Assembly (NCBI GenBank): GCA_965644265.1
Contig: OZ286463.1
Coordinates: 105,834,001-105,898,000, forward strand
Origin: Glycera tridactyla
Taxonomy: Eukaryota
Direction of reading: 5' to 3'
DNA: 64,000 nt
Shown in pieces: positions 12,443-27,050 of this stretch. Under the pieces are notes generated by a model. The model ran no database searches. It was given only the letters and a program-made list of their open reading frames with translations, and was not told the origin of the DNA. Within the stretch, counting starts at the first letter, position 1. The number at the start of each line of letters is the position of its first letter. The translations under genes were made by a program, and so were the position numbers.

Positions 12443-14311
12443 CCTCATCCCCTATAGCTTTATCTAACCTTGATTACCACGATAATGACCTTTATCTATC
12501 TAAGATCTATATGAGGAAGCTCCTCATCCCCTATAGCTTTATCTAATCTTGATTACCACGATAATGACCTCTATCTATTTAAGATCTATATGAGGAAGCT
12601 CCTCATCCCCTATAGCTTTATCTAACCTTGATTACTACGATAATGACCTCTATCTATCTAAGATCTATATGAGGAAGCTCCTCATCCCCTATAGCTTTAT
12701 CTAACTTTGATTACCACGATAATGACCTCTATCTATCTAAGATCTATATGAGGAAGCTCCTCATCCCCTATAGCTTTATCTAACCTTGATTACCACGATA
12801 ATGACCTCTATCCATCTAAGATCTATATGAGGAAGCTCCTCAACCCCATATAGCTTTATCTAACCTTGATTACTACGATAATGACCTCTATCTATTTAGG
12901 ATCTATATGAGGAAGCTCCTCATCCCCTATAGTTTTATCTAACCTTGATTACTACGATAATGACCTCTATCTATCTAAGATCTATATGAGGAAGCTCCTC
13001 ATCCCCTATAGTCTTATCTAACCTTGATTACTACGATAATGACCTCTATCTATCTAAGATCTATATGAGGAAGCTCCTCATCCCCTATAGCTTCACCTAA
13101 CCTTGATTACTACGATAATGACTTATATCTATCTAAGATCCATATGAGGAAGCTCCTCATCTCCTATAGATTTATCTAACCTTGATTACCACGATAATGA
13201 CTTCTATCTATCTAAGATCTATATGAGGAAGCTCCTCATCCCCTATAGCTCTATCTGACCTTGATTAATATGATAATGACTTCTATCTATCTAAGATCTA
13301 TATGAGGAAGCTCCTCATCCCCTGGAGCTTTATCTGACCTTGATCACTACGACAATGACCTCTATCCATCTAAGATCTATATGAGGAAGCTCCTCATCCC
13401 CTATAGCTTTATCTAACCTTGATTACCACGATAATGACCTCTATCCATCTAAGATCTATATGAGGAAGCTCCTCAACCCCTATAGCTTTATCTAACCTTG
13501 ATTACTACGATAATGACCTCTATCTATTTAGGATCTATATGAGGAAGCTCCTCATCCCCTATAGTTTTATCTAACCTTGATTACTACGATAATGACCTCT
13601 ATCTATCTAAGATCTATATGAGGAAGCTCCTCATCCCCTATAGTTTTATCTAACCTTGATTACTACGATAATGACCTCTATCTATCTAAGATCTATATGA
13701 GGAAGCTCCTCATCCCCTATAGATTCACCTAACCTTGATTACTACGATAATGACTTATATCTATCTAAGATCCATATGAGGAAGCTCCTCATCTCCTATA
13801 GCTTTATCTAACCTTGATTACCACGATAATGACTTCTATCTATCTAAGATCTATATGAGGAAGCTCCTCATCCCCTATAGCTCTATCTGACCTTGATTAA
13901 TATGATAATGACTTCTATCTATCTAAGATCTATATGAGGAAGCTCCTCATCCCCTGGAGCTTTATCTGACCTTGATCACTACGACAATGACCTCTATCCA
14001 TCTAAGATCTATATGAGGAAGCTCCTCATCCCCTATAGCTTTATCTAACCTTGATTACTACGATGATGACCTCTATCTATCTAAGATCTATATGAGGAAG
14101 CTCCTCATCCCCTATAGCTTTATCTAACCTTGATTACAACGATGATGACCTCTATCTATCTATGATCTATATGAGGAAGCTCCTCATCCCCTATAGCTTC
14201 ATCTAACCTTGATTACTACGATGATGACCTCTATCTATCTATGATCTATATGAGGAAGCTTGATTACTACGGTAATGACATCTATCTATCTAAGATCTAT
14301 ATGAGGAAGCT
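12443..14311. repeat. Minisatellite, 79-bp unit, ~23.5 copies
   Basis: Unit CCTCATCCCCTATAGCTTTATCTAACCTTGATTACCACGATAATGACCTCTATCTATCTAAGATCTATATGAGGAAGCT. Units start at 12443, 12522, 12601. The last unit has an internal deletion. Confidence 0.99.
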
Positions 14312-14420
14312 TCAACTTGGTTCGGACTGTGCAACTCAATTATCGATTAACAATATCCTGCAGCAGCGATCAGGCCAGATACAAGTTACTGATTTCCTGT
14401 TGAACACTGGAAACTTTCGT

Positions 14421-15341
14421 GATCCCATACTGACCTTCAACACCTGCATGACCTGGCCGCTGCCTACTCGTCAGAATCATGCCAACCCAGCTCCCTCCCT
14501 ACTGTCTGTGCTGATCCCATACTGACCTACAACACCTGCCTGACCTGGCCGCTCCCTACTCGTCAAAATCATGCCAACCCAGCTCCCTTCCTACTGTCTG
14601 TGCTGCTCTCATACTGACTTACAACACCTGCATGACCTGGCCGCTCCCTGCTTGTCAGAATCATTCCAACCCAGCAGCCTTCCTACTGTCTGTGCTGATC
14701 CCATACTGACCTACAACACCTGCTTGACCTGGCCACTCCCTGCTTGTCAAAATCATGCCAACCCAGTAGCCTTCCTACTGTCTGTGGTGCTCCCATACTG
14801 ACCTACAACACATGCATGACCCGACCACTCCCTATTTGTCAAAATCATGCCAACCCAGCTCCCTTCCTACTGTCTGTGCTGATCCCATACTGACCTACAA
14901 CACCTGCATGGCCCGGCCGCTCCTCACCTGTCAAACTCATTCCAACCCAGCTCCCTTCCTACTGTCTGTGCTGATCCCATACTGACCTACAACACCTGCT
15001 TGACCTGGCCGCTCCCTGCTTGTCAGAATCATCCCAACCCAGCACGCTTCCTACTGTCTGTGCTGATCCCATACTGACCTACAACACCTGCTTGACCTGG
15101 CCGCTCCCTGCTTGTCAAAATCATGCCAACCCAGCTCCCTTCCTACTGTCTGTGCTGATCCCATAGTGACCTACAACACCTGCCATGACCTGGCTGCTCC
15201 CTGCTTGTCAAAATCATGCCAACCCAGCACCCTTCCTACCGTCTGTGCTGATCCCATACTGACCTATAACACCTGCATGACCTGGCTGCTCCCTACTCGT
15301 CAAAATTATCCCAACCCGGCACGCCTTACTGTCTGTGCTGC
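14421..15341. repeat. Minisatellite, 92-bp unit, ~10 copies
   Basis: Unit begins GATCCCATACTGACCTACAACACCTGC and ends CTACTGTCTGTGCT. Units start at 14421, 14513, 14605. Confidence 0.98.
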
Positions 15342-16429
15342 TCTGTGAAACGCCCTCTTATATGTTGGAAGAAATGGTTTTCATCAGTACATATTTCTTT
15401 TTTCATCAGTACATATCCAGGTGAGGCCTTGATTACTCTTGATCAAACGATGTGATTGGTGTAGCAACCTGAGTGAAGAATCCATACATTTCATGTTTTT
15501 TTCGGAACCAGAGACGAGTCCTGCATCATCCCACCTATATCTATAGGATATTTATGTAGCCGTGGTCAACGAATGACGGTCAATCAGCCAATTTAAAGTA
15601 GGACCAGAGAATAACTTAGCAGCATTTATATTGGAGGCATATCACTGAATCTGTGTTCTGGATATATCTAAATTCAAATTCAAATTTGGACAACATTCAC
15701 TTCAGATGATACAGTCAAAAATGCATCTATCCCTGTTTCTGTAAATCCAAAAATCGTGAGATATACGAATATGATACGCGGTCGGCCTGCCATCATTTCT
15801 CTCTTCTTGATACCATCAAGTATAATCAGTTTTGAAAGTCAAAGAAATGTCCCTGCCGGCTGGTGATGGTCATTTCTCTACATATTTTCAAAGTTGTCTC
15901 GGTAACGTGTAATCTGCTTGGTTTTCTTACCGATTTCGCGGGGATTACGTTCTTGTCTATGTATTGGAAAACGGAAAGGATATTGTGTCATGGGAGACAT
16001 CCGAGAATTAATGATTAGTTTTCTAAGACAACCCATAAGCCTCGAGGAAAAGTCAGCATTTTCATATCGGTGAAAGAAGAGCTAATTTTGCAGCATATCA
16101 TAAAATCATAAAACCGTATCTCACTTAATCAAGATTGTCTTGACACTAAGATCTCTGTGCTCAGACACCTGGCTGCTGATTAGACACCCTTCACTCCCAC
16201 CTTCTTGATGGAGCAGCTGTGTTGGATGCAGAGAAATGTGCAATCTGGGCAACTTCTTATTCAATAGTGAGCTGGAACCTTCACTCCTATATCACACCCT
16301 GAAGATAATGAGGAACTTTTCTCATGAGTCCTCAAGGTTGCGATGCGTGAACAGCAATAGCCATAGCACTCTGATCAATGAATATTGTGACATGCATCCT
16401 ACATAGCGATGGCACATTGGATGAGTAAT

Positions 16430-18480
16430 GGAAACCCCTGGCATATTGAGTATAGGGAAATGCGGTTGAAGTGTTGGTGAAACAACTCAAGGGCCAGTTC
16501 TGCCACAAATGGCAGATCATCTGGCATCTATGGGTACATGTAGATGTCAGGATATGTAAGTGAAGTATGTATGGCTCCAACCGAGATGTGCATGCAGAGA
16601 AAGATGATTTCCAGAGGAAGAGTGAGTGATTCCTTGTAATATGATTCAAATACATTCATATTAAATCCGAGCAGGTGATAAAAAGGTTTGCATTATAGAC
16701 AATCTCTATGGCGATATATGATCCTGTGTGTAATGTGATACCTATTATGTCTGATTCTGATTCTGTATCGTCATCCTGCTGAATTCGCTGTGATATCATC
16801 TTGTTACTCACAGTATGGGGTCAGGGTTGACACCTCGAGGGTCCACTGAAGATACGGAAAGATACATCTCAAAATGCCCAACTTGTGTTCAGAATACGAC
16901 ATCTCAATGTCCAGATTATGCTGAAAAGCTACCAATGTTCTTAGATAGACTCGCCATATCTAATACACAAGCATATAAGTAAATGACTCTGGCATTTGCT
17001 GCGACATCGTTTCCGTACTCTAATGACAAATCTCAAAGAGGTGCATGAATAGATGGGTAGAGAAATGTGTTGTCCATCCTTGTCTTGATGACATACGGGT
17101 CACTCGATATCATATCGGCATCTGATATATCTCAATCATCATCTTGCGAGACAGATGATGTCACATTTCTTACGACTACATGAGATGTGTGCAAGGTCCA
17201 TTTTCCCCATCAATTGAAGGCTTGCAATATTTGCCCGACGGTGTCGAAGCACTTGGTCGTTCATAACCTCAGTCTTTGCACAGTATAGAAATTGCCATTA
17301 AACATGTATTAAGAAAGAAGAAAGGTATTGCATCGTTTATTTGAGCCGAACGGCGATCCCAACGAATGGAAAGAAAGTTCCGTTGAGTATTCAACTTCAA
17401 GATGTTCTTGATATTATGTTGGCAAAGGCCGGTTTCAAAATTGGTGTGGTTCCGACCCTGAATAGAATTATCATGGTACTTTATAGGCATATACAGAATA
17501 TGGAATGGGTGCATAACATGGGGTGCATAAAATCAATATGAAACTTTTTAGGCATATAGTGAATGTGGCACGAATGTGCATGTCGCGAGATTCCCGCAGA
17601 TGTGTATGTGACTCTTAGATGATAGTATTTCGCATGCTCATTGTGGGTGTGGTGCGAATGAGTGTGTGGACCCGAGTATGATCATATCAGTAATTTGTTA
17701 GCACTTAAGTGGTCCATAAGTGAAATCTCCCTGGCCCTGTGGAATCACCTTGGTATAGGCATACACTTGATTTCCCCAAACTAAGATCCTTTTGTGCTTC
17801 GCAGACACTTATTGAATATCGTACAGCTGAGTATGTACACTCCCTAGATAAATCCAACCAAATATTGCCTGTTGGTATCATCATGATTATCTGTAGGCAT
17901 ATGAAATGGATTAGCCTGTGACCCTGAATGAGATCAATGAAATTTATCGGAGGCAAAGAAAGGGTGTGGCACGAATCTAACACGATCCTGAATGTGATCA
18001 TTATGGTAGTTTGTAGTCCCAGGTGTGTACAAGAGCAAGATCACAATGCTACTTTGTAAACTTGATTGAATGTGATATACAGTGCTGGTATCTATCTACT
18101 ACTTGGATTTACATGACAATGTGTGGAGTTGGAGAGGCAAACTTGTGCATGTGACCAACACTATGTTCACCATGGTCCGTTGTAGGCATGTATGCAGTTT
18201 GGCGCAGAGGTGTAGGTATCCCTAACTGAGCTTAGAATTGTGCTTTGCAGACAAATATCGATTCCTGAACATTCCTGAGAATTTGAACCAGAGTGAAATC
18301 ATATAGGTTTTTGTATGCTTTGAAATGATCTAGTCAAGTCATGATCATATTCTGCATGCGGATACAGGCCGTAATGTGGATGTCAGTCTAAACCGAAAGG
18401 AGATGACTATCACTACATTTGGTGTGGAAAGAATGTAAGACAGATGTGTATGTGATCAAGGGTGAGGTAACCATGGTATT
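16430..18480 (+). mobile_element. Fossil LINE ORF2 (RT to C-terminal Cys/His region), L2/Crack/Daphne-like
   Basis: Degenerate motifs in the correct order on the plus strand: VEVLVKQLKG (~16450), GDKKVC + HYRQ/TIS (~16675; cf. GDK...NYR.IS), QYGVR (~16810), QLQDVLDI...IIMVL (~17390), NMEWV (~17495), LIEY (~17810), HILHADTGR (~18345; cf. H.L.IETGR), GDDYHYIWC (~18400; cf. GDE.H.L..C). Confidence 0.6.
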
Positions 18481-19599
18481 TCATAGGTATATAGAGAATG
18501 TAGTACAGGTGTGCAAGCAATCCTGAGTGAGTTCACTATGGTTCTCAAAAGGTATATACTGAACGTGGCATGCAATTGTGGAAATATCATGTTTTGTATC
18601 AACTTCTCTATTGTAAGCTTCTCATTTTTTTTGCTGAGGCATTGACAAATTCAATATGGTCCAAGTGAATACGAATACAGAATTCATCACTTCCTGTCGA
18701 AAATGATATGAAGGACGCTCTGTGTCGTTGTTTCTCAACTCAACTCTAATTGCCCCACCTAATTGCGTGTAATGATGGCGATGGTCGATATATCTTTCAA
18801 TAACAGCAGCGCCCACTGCAATCTCCAGGCTAAATCAGCAATAGGTACCATGGGATCTGTTCAGCGCGCTTTTCCTGCTCCAATGTCTTTCTGATGCCTG
18901 AGCTCTGGACCTGACTCCGGCCGATTGATGCCAAGAGTAATGGGCCCATTGCCGTAACATCTTCATCACCGTTATCCTTTCTGAAGCCTATGATGCGAAT
19001 ATCTCTACCATTATGGCCCAAATGAATCTTCGTGATGGCATTTCCCTATGACTGGATGGATTATGGAGTCTACATTCGAAGGTCAGTGCCGTATAGCAAC
19101 CATGGGTGTTTTGACCTGGCCGAACGCGATTTGTCACATTCTACACACCGCTTCAAATAGTTGTATATTCAAGCGATGCGAACGTTGCAATTGTTAGGTT
19201 GATTACACCTAGTGCTGCTCCCAATATATAGCAGCTGAATCCAATTTAAACTCCGCCAGAGTAAGTGCCAAGCCAACCCCAAGTCACAATTCACCTGTCA
19301 TTGTCGACAAGGACGTGAACGAATTTGTTTATTTCATTAGTACTGTGTAATGTCGAATAGCGTATCTTTTAAGGCAAATCCCCGTAAAGTACTAGATTCA
19401 TCTAATATCATCGACCCTACTGCATTGCACAGTGACTGTGAACCTTTATTCGGACACCACAACAAAGTATGGGGAACTGTAAGGTACTCTTTCGAACTAG
19501 ACGTGTGCAAGTGACAGTATCCAAGGCAACGGTCTCATCGCTAGTTTTGTCACTGTGTCTATTCGCCATACCTTCTCAGGCGCACCTTATAGCACTGGC

Positions 19600-20150
19600 C
19601 ATGTAAAAAGTTAACGTTTGCGACACAGGATTGTGTGTCCGTCATAGTTGGCCATCGTCACACGAGAAAACACTCATACATCTCAACATTTCACTTCTGC
19701 CAACCGCAACATTCCAATGGCCATAGAAAGGCGTTATTGAAGTTGAAGTTAAATTCATACTTGTATTTAACCGTGCTACTTTCAAGGACAGATTTTTCAG
19801 CCAATACGTAGGTATCTTACGGTATCTTTCTCTCAACTGAAATCGGATAATGAATACATGGCTTCCGTTACCAGGTGATATGTAAGTCCTGTTCATGCAC
19901 TGCTGTTTGGCAAAATATATCATGGCGTTCTTACTTCAGCGTCGAGGATGGGGTTAATGTTAAATGCATTCTCTCGCCATACAGGAGGATCCCAACAATT
20001 TGACTTCCGTCAGGCTCACCATAGGGAGAGGGCAACCTTGGGCTTCATTGGAAGAATGCATTAGGTCCATTAGATGTCGGACGGTGATTTCTTGGAATGC
20101 ATTGATAGAGGAGACAGCGTCATTCTCCTTCACATGTCAGTTGCCAATGT
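19600..20150 (-). mobile_element. Possible fossil L1/Tx1-like RT fragment
   Basis: AQGCPLPMV (cf. RQGCPLSP) at about 20050-20025 on the minus strand, then AACGCCATGATATA, which reads as NADDI if one G is restored. Weak. Confidence 0.3.
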
Positions 20151-23100
20151 GAACATACCCAACAATAGAAAGATGTGCCATTCACCCGAAATCATAGATG
20201 ACATTTCCATCAGGTTATTGAGTATGATTTCCTGAATCATTATTCCGTAATTTACATGATATCAGTTCAGGAATAATCGGCTAGATCATATACTGCCTCA
20301 CTCTCTCTCTCTCTCTCTCGTTGCATTATACATTGGTGAAAAGCGATAATCAATTGTGTGAATATGACCGCTTTGATAGATCAGAATGCTGATTTCTCAT
20401 ATCTCCGCATGTTTGAGATGTGACGTTATCAGGCAGAGCGAAACACACATTCAGAAACGTAGTCAAAATAATCACGTTCAATTAGTATGGTGACCACAGA
20501 AGACCAGCCATAAATGATATATTATTCTACATAGGATGTAATCGGAAGAATAAGCCCATTCAGGGTGGAGGGTCGTTCTGTAGAGGGCGATTTATTCAGC
20601 CTTAGTCTTGTCGCACGTCCTTCACTCACGTATTTCACACTCAAATGAAAGTTTTATAAACATGGGTATATTAGTGGTCTTCCCCACATCAATTGTGTCG
20701 ATCCGATCAGGAAATAGACAAATGTCATAGGAATCCCGAGAAGATGCTTCAGGAATCGATGGGATCAGTTGTCCTTGTAGCTTTTACCTTCCTAAGATAC
20801 AGCCGTCCTTCTCGGCTTCAGCATCTGACCGTCTAATCTGTCCGTCTGGCCCATGCTAGACACACTTGCGTCGTAGAATGTGATTCTCCGCTAAGCACTG
20901 GCTCAAGGACGCCGGCTTTTCACATCGTCAAGAGACCCATAATGATCTCTCCTTGGAGGCGAAATGTAGGGAGCTTCTATCTCTCCAGTCAGACACAAAC
21001 TACACTTATCGGCATCATCACCACGCACTTCATCTCATCATCCTGGTACCGACACATCATGGTAGTCATCACATCATCACACCCTTATTGATAACGATGA
21101 CAATCAATCAGCAATCAGGTGTATTCCCTCAGTTTGAGTGCGTGTTGGGTGCAGTCGCCCCGCTTCCTAACTGAACAGCATCGTTGACAATGGTGAGCAG
21201 GGCACAAGCTTATCCATTCGATACCACACCTCACCGTGGGGGCACCTTCAGGTAAAAGAATGAAATTCCCTGTCTATTTCACTATTCCACTGAGCCGAGA
21301 TGTGAATGGGTACTCGGCTATATGCAGTGGTGGTGGTTGTGAAGTACTCAACCCGTGCTGTTACTTTTGTATCCTTGGTTGTATGAGACATCGAAGACTG
21401 TATTCAGAAAATCGCCTGTCTTTTCCTGGTGACGGATTCAGGTTTGTTTCGATTTCTGTTTTTTGGGGCGAATGAAAATCCAGATGCATATTTTCTGGCC
21501 ATCAAATTCATTTCTTCATCATGCATGTTTTGGACAGAGCATATCTTTTACTTTGCAATTACGATCACTGCAAAGAGTCAACAATCGGATGCATGGAAGA
21601 CCAAGTGGGTTTTTTTTGTGCAGCTCAGATTGTGGCTACATCTGTGTCTGAGCGAGTGACACCGGAAGTCCCCGTGTGCATGACTGCCTGCTCATCGATG
21701 CCCGAATCATTATTCACTATGAAAGTCTGATCTACTACATAAGAATCACAAGATTTCGTATATGTCATCGGATCGAGGATTGTCCTCCTCTTTCATTTGC
21801 CTTGTATTCAGAATGTGGATGCTGTTTTCATTGGTCATTCGAAGGATGAAAAACGTTGGGTATCCAATACTCGGGTGGAAATAGGTCTCGCAGTAGCAAT
21901 CAGATGATTCTGGCTCGTGCCTTTGTTAGGGCTAATATCGAGGACTGCCAAGCTAGAATGAATATATATTACGGGCAGCTATTCGGAAAAAGAGGCTTCA
22001 TGTGGTTCTTGGATGGCCCTTTCGGGGGCAGAGCTGGTCAGCCACTCCCACGAGATATGTCAATATAATTTCCTGGGTGAAGGCTCTTCACAAAGAGTCC
22101 TGAATAAATATGACGATATATGATGGTCATCTTTTCCTCGGTCACGTATATTCCAAAGAGCCATCTGCATGAACCACTATAAGGCTGACAACATTTGAGA
22201 TTCAGGTTTTCTGCAGTCATTGTATTCGGCTATCCAATGGTGCGATCATATAGACTTCAACATACCGCAAAAGGCGATAGTTCAAATGTCAATGGCTGCC
22301 GATAATCACCTCTGATGCTGTCAGTAACATTTTCATAGTTGCGTCATCAAGTTGTCTATTATTCAAATGCTCTGGGTTGCCCACATCTACCAACAGATCT
22401 GACATTCCTACATAGGAGTGAAACGAATATCAGCACTATTGTGAATTGGGTTCTCATCAAAATGACATAAATTCGTCCCTGCAAGGTGAAAGTGAACTTC
22501 CCGCTATAATCACATCTGACTACTCCTTCAATGATGTGATCATGCATGCATGCGAGTGCGGCCCAGTAGCGAATGGTAATCGGGCAAACAATAGTATGAT
22601 GTGACTATAATATTTGAGATGAATGCAGGTGGTTCATGGCTAGGATTGCTTGCGATTTGCTCTTGTTCCAGACACTCAACTTCAGAGTCTTCTAAAGAAG
22701 CGGTAAATTGAACTGGTCCAATTTCTACGGCTCAGGTGACATGTGATCTGGGGACGGAGCACTCTAGCTTGATCTGACTGGTGTCGCAATTAGTAGCCGG
22801 ATTTGTTGGTATCAGTTACTGATCCAGAGTACATATTGATATACCCAAGACACCCGTGGCTTCTGATCTGCCCCCGGAGATGGACATATTGATGACGTCA
22901 CCCTGATCCCATGCCCTCATTATCATCGGGACCTATTCAGTCTCCACTCTCGATATACGGTGCCCGACATTTTAGGTAGCTCTCGATGCAGACGTATTCC
23001 CGCATGGCTAATATTAACGATACTCCAGAACTCATCAAGATCTTCCTAACATTACACTGAATGCCAATGTGAGGGATTGCTAAATGCAGATGCCACACAT

Positions 23101-23469
23101 TACTTTGAGATGAAATTCGAGACCAGGTCGCGAATATCAGGGAAAGGTCGAGAAAGAATCGCACTTCAGTGGTGAAACTGATAGTCGGTGATGTTTCTTT
23201 GAACTTTTCACCATTTGGAATCTGTGTTGGAGCATCTAGTTTCGAGATGTATTGGGTCACTGAATCACAAGGGACAGATGTTTCCATCATATACACAATA
23301 ATGATGTTGGATTCCATTTTTTTTTTCATACATGGTGTAGTCAGTCACTCACCTGTCATCTGTTGACCGGCTTGCTGAAGCCATACATTCGACGTGGCGA
23401 TTAGATGGGTATGAGTTGTCATTGTACTTAGGCGTGTGTATGACATGAATGTTTCACATATATAGGAGC

Positions 23470-23610
23470 CAATCATACAATACATTACAATCATACAATA
23501 CATTACAGAGTACAGTACAGTGTTTGGTATAATGCAATACATTGAATACAATATCCACTGCTACACAATGCGATGAAATACTATACGTTACAGTGAAATA
23601 CAATATGGTA
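23470..23610 (+). repeat. Degenerate (TACAA/TACAG)n pentamer tract
   Basis: CAATCATACAATACATTA is duplicated, with repeated TACAG/TACAA. Confidence 0.6.
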
Positions 23611-25027
23611 CAGTACAATGCCATCTCATGGAGAAATTTATACTTTTATCCAACCATTCAAGTTTGTACATCACCAGTGGGATCCCGTGCATCCTATCAT
23701 CCGAGGGCCGTGACATGTATGATGGAGGTTGGGGAATACCACCCCACCCCTCATCATCTGAATGCAGAACATGCCAGAGAAAAACTGCAATTTTTGGCCA
23801 CATTATCATAAAGCCAGCCACTCTAGCCCCTACTAGCACCGAGATCCCATGGTGCTGATATGTGGAATGCAATCACCATATATGCTGAGACGTCAATTTT
23901 GTGGCACTCTCCTGAATCATACACCATGAGATGATAAAAATCATGCTGGTTTGCTTGTGTGCAATCATCAGGTCTCAAATATAGATTGGTGCCATCTCGA
24001 ACAGTGTGCCATGCATGAGATGCGTGAATGACAGGTATTCATATGTCCTGTCAAATACCAGGTGGCGTTTTATCACTAGGTTGGAAGAGATAATGAGACA
24101 ATATAAGCAGTTATGAGCAGCCTTTGCCCAGCCTAGTGAAGTCTGCGGAAGCCGACATAGCGGTACATTGCATGAGTGTGATATAACCTTTCTGATCGTC
24201 CCGGTCTGCAGCTATACTCTCACTTGTTTATCTAATAGGCGAATATGCAGCTAATGTTATCTCACTTCACCATCATCTACGGGACGAGAAGCAGTCACAT
24301 GTTCTGTATGTTTCATCGATCGATTTTCTCTGCAACAAAGGAGGGGGGGGGGAGGGGTTGTTGTTGAATGATCAACCCCAGTGAAACCGCGGGTTGAACC
24401 AATGAAGCCCAGATGGTGCTGACTAGAGCAATCACAGCCAGCCAACCAACCGTCTTCAAAACTTGAAGAGAGTATTTTGATAAGATAATTGTTCAAATCC
24501 TTCTAATTACCAGTCTCTGTCTGATTGGATTGTGACCTCGTTCCTCTGATTTGGCAGTGTTCCTGAACTGTTGCACCTTTCTTAGCGTGCATGATTGGCT
24601 AACACGCAAGCCTTCGACTTTGATATGTAATTGGAAGGTGGGTGCTTCTTGGATTGCATGATGACAGCTCCTACGTATCTAATGAGGGGCAATCCAGGAC
24701 ATGATTTGCTTCAATACAAGGCATGCTTGGGATGTTCTGCCCCTATATACATATTTTCCAGCCTTTGCTCCTTATCACCAACAATCCTATCATTTTGTGC
24801 ATCCTCTGCATTTAGAGGATATTGTGATATCAGTAACCACAAACCACACTATCTGTATTTGGTAATTGGTTGATGATGTGCTTATCTCATTATCGGGAAG
24901 AGTGAAGAGAATGTGATAGATGAGTTGAATGATTCTGTTGGCATCATTGACGACGGACAAACATAGTTCATTCTCTGTGAGATTGAAATGACAAGCCTCG
25001 ATTGATTGAATATGAGATTGACCCTGG

Positions 25028-25437
25028 ATATCGACAATGAAACATCACACCTCATCCCACATGCCTACTGTTTCTGTCATATCGACAATGAAACATCACA
25101 CCTCATCCCACATGCCTAGTGTTTCTGTCATATCGACAATGAAACATCACACCTCATCCCACATGCCTAGTGTTTCTGTCATATCGACAATGAAACATCA
25201 CACCTCATCCCACATGCCTAGTGGTTCTGTCATATCGACAATGAAACATCACACCTCATCCCACATGCCTAGTGTTTCTGTCATATCGACAATGAAACAT
25301 CACACCTCATCCCACATGCCTAGTGTTTCTGTCATATCGACAATGAAACATCACACCTCATTCCACATGCCTAGTGTTTCTGTCATATCGACAATGAAAC
25401 ATCACACCTCATCCCATATGCCTACTGTTTCTGTCAT
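25028..25437. repeat. Minisatellite, 51-bp unit, 8 copies
   Basis: Unit ATATCGACAATGAAACATCACACCTCATCCCACATGCCTAGTGTTTCTGTC. Units start at 25028 and 25079. Confidence 0.99.
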
Positions 25438-26149
25438 TTGCTTGGGAGTGGCTCGGTCAGGAAACATAGGCGCAGCTTTGAGGGTGCTGAACGAAAAGCG
25501 TCCATCATAGCGATGGATTTTCCCAACGTGGTATATTCAGAAGCTAGGATGGAGTATCTGATCGATTTCGGGTCCTTCATTATAAAATAAATGGCCTCAT
25601 AATTATCGGAAGAGAAGTTGAATTGACAGATTCATCTGATGTTCCTGGTGTGGAAGGAGGTATCATTATGTTGGACTCTAATGAGGCTATTTCTATATTT
25701 AATGCCATTCCAATCATCCAACTATCCGGTGTCATATGTTTTTGCTCATTATGGAGATGGTATATTATCGCAGGAGTAATATGCGATCATGAGTGGTTGC
25801 GCAAAAGTATCGGGTCATTCTGATGGTGCCTCTATCGGTGATTGGATGAGGTGTCCACCTAATTTCTGAAAGTAGAGTATATTAGATGTCAAAGAGAGTG
25901 CTCAAAACTCTGAAAACTCTGTGAAACTTCCACATTCGATTTTGTTTGTTGAGGCTTGTTGTCCAAATCATGCGCCAAAGTATGTCAAATTCGGACCGGA
26001 GTGGTACGTTTCACCCCGGAATTTCAGAATTGGCGAAAAGATGAAATCAGGATGAAGAATTTCACAAGCCGTCTCTGACGGTTCATGCTCACAAGCTCAC
26101 AGGGACATGAAGATCGTCCGAGATTTCTCTGAAAATTCTGCACAATGGG

Positions 26150-27050
26150 AGAACTGGATGAGGCTGATATGCATCATTTATTCAGTGATGGGTGGCCCAA
26201 CACATCGTGCAATGATCACAATTAAAGGGCTTCCAATATCTAGATGCCTCAACTTATACTCACAATATGCGATGAAACATCAGTAAAGTAAAGCAAAGTG
26301 AAAGGTAGTAGGGAGTAGCCAGACCATTCGAAGTATCATGCCCAATGGACAGTCAACATTTTCAGGAGCTGCTGAGGAATTGCTGGAATTTAAAGCCGTT
26401 CTCAGAAAAAGTAGACATAGAAAGAGCTTCTCAAATGGCCCATATGGAGTGGACATGTCTTCACCAAAACTCGAGCAGACTACCCGAGAATCAGAGAAGT
26501 TCTTCACCATCGAGCTATAATAATTCCTTCTAGTTTATGTTGGCAAAAATGCGAACCCAGTTGACTGTGGTTAGAAGGGAGGCATCTGTTATAGCGACAC
26601 GTTCGGATTCCCAAGAATGGGGTATAGTAATTGTTGCCGCTTGGAGAGCACGATATTCTGATGCATGGAAATCATGTGAGTGACTCGTAAGACTAGTTGA
26701 TTCAAACTTCAATTTCTCAGGGAATGCTGTGAATATTGTGAATATCGATTTTTGCAGAAAGGTCTCGAAGTCAGAGAGAAATATCGCAGGTTTTTCCTAC
26801 CATGAAAAAATGAGGTGCTTGCTCGGAACAAGTGAATGGGAAGAAAATAATCTCTTAAGATGGACACGGCATACATACTTGCAAAAAGTATTTGCCTACC
26901 ACATTGAAGATAATGCTCAGGAAATGTTCCAACTTCATGTCATCGAAGCTTGGACTTCTCCAGGAATATCGTGATATCGTATATAGCATTCTCAGAGAAA
27001 TAGAGGAACATTGAACCAGCTAATCTAATATCTATCATGAGCAGCACTCA
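26150..27050 (-). mobile_element. Probable fossil LINE RT fragment
   Basis: Minus-strand motifs in order: GTFPEH (cf. G.FP..WK), KNLRYFSLTSRPFCK (cf. NYRPISLTS..CK), DASLLTTVNW (cf. D.SKAFDTVNH), LDGEELL*F (cf. I.G..L.WF), AIPQQ (cf. GVPQG). Heavily degenerate. Confidence 0.4.

Noticed and set aside
25037-25510. 157-aa repeat ORF (MKHHTSSHMPSVSVIST)n
   Set aside because: By-product of a 51-bp (3n) minisatellite, with no splice, homology or codon evidence.
26338-26533. Protein-looking plus-strand ORFs (…ELLRNCWNLKP…, …SEKFFTIEL*)
   Set aside because: The kinase-like resemblance is superficial, no other kinase exons were found, and the region lies antisense to a probable LINE RT fossil.
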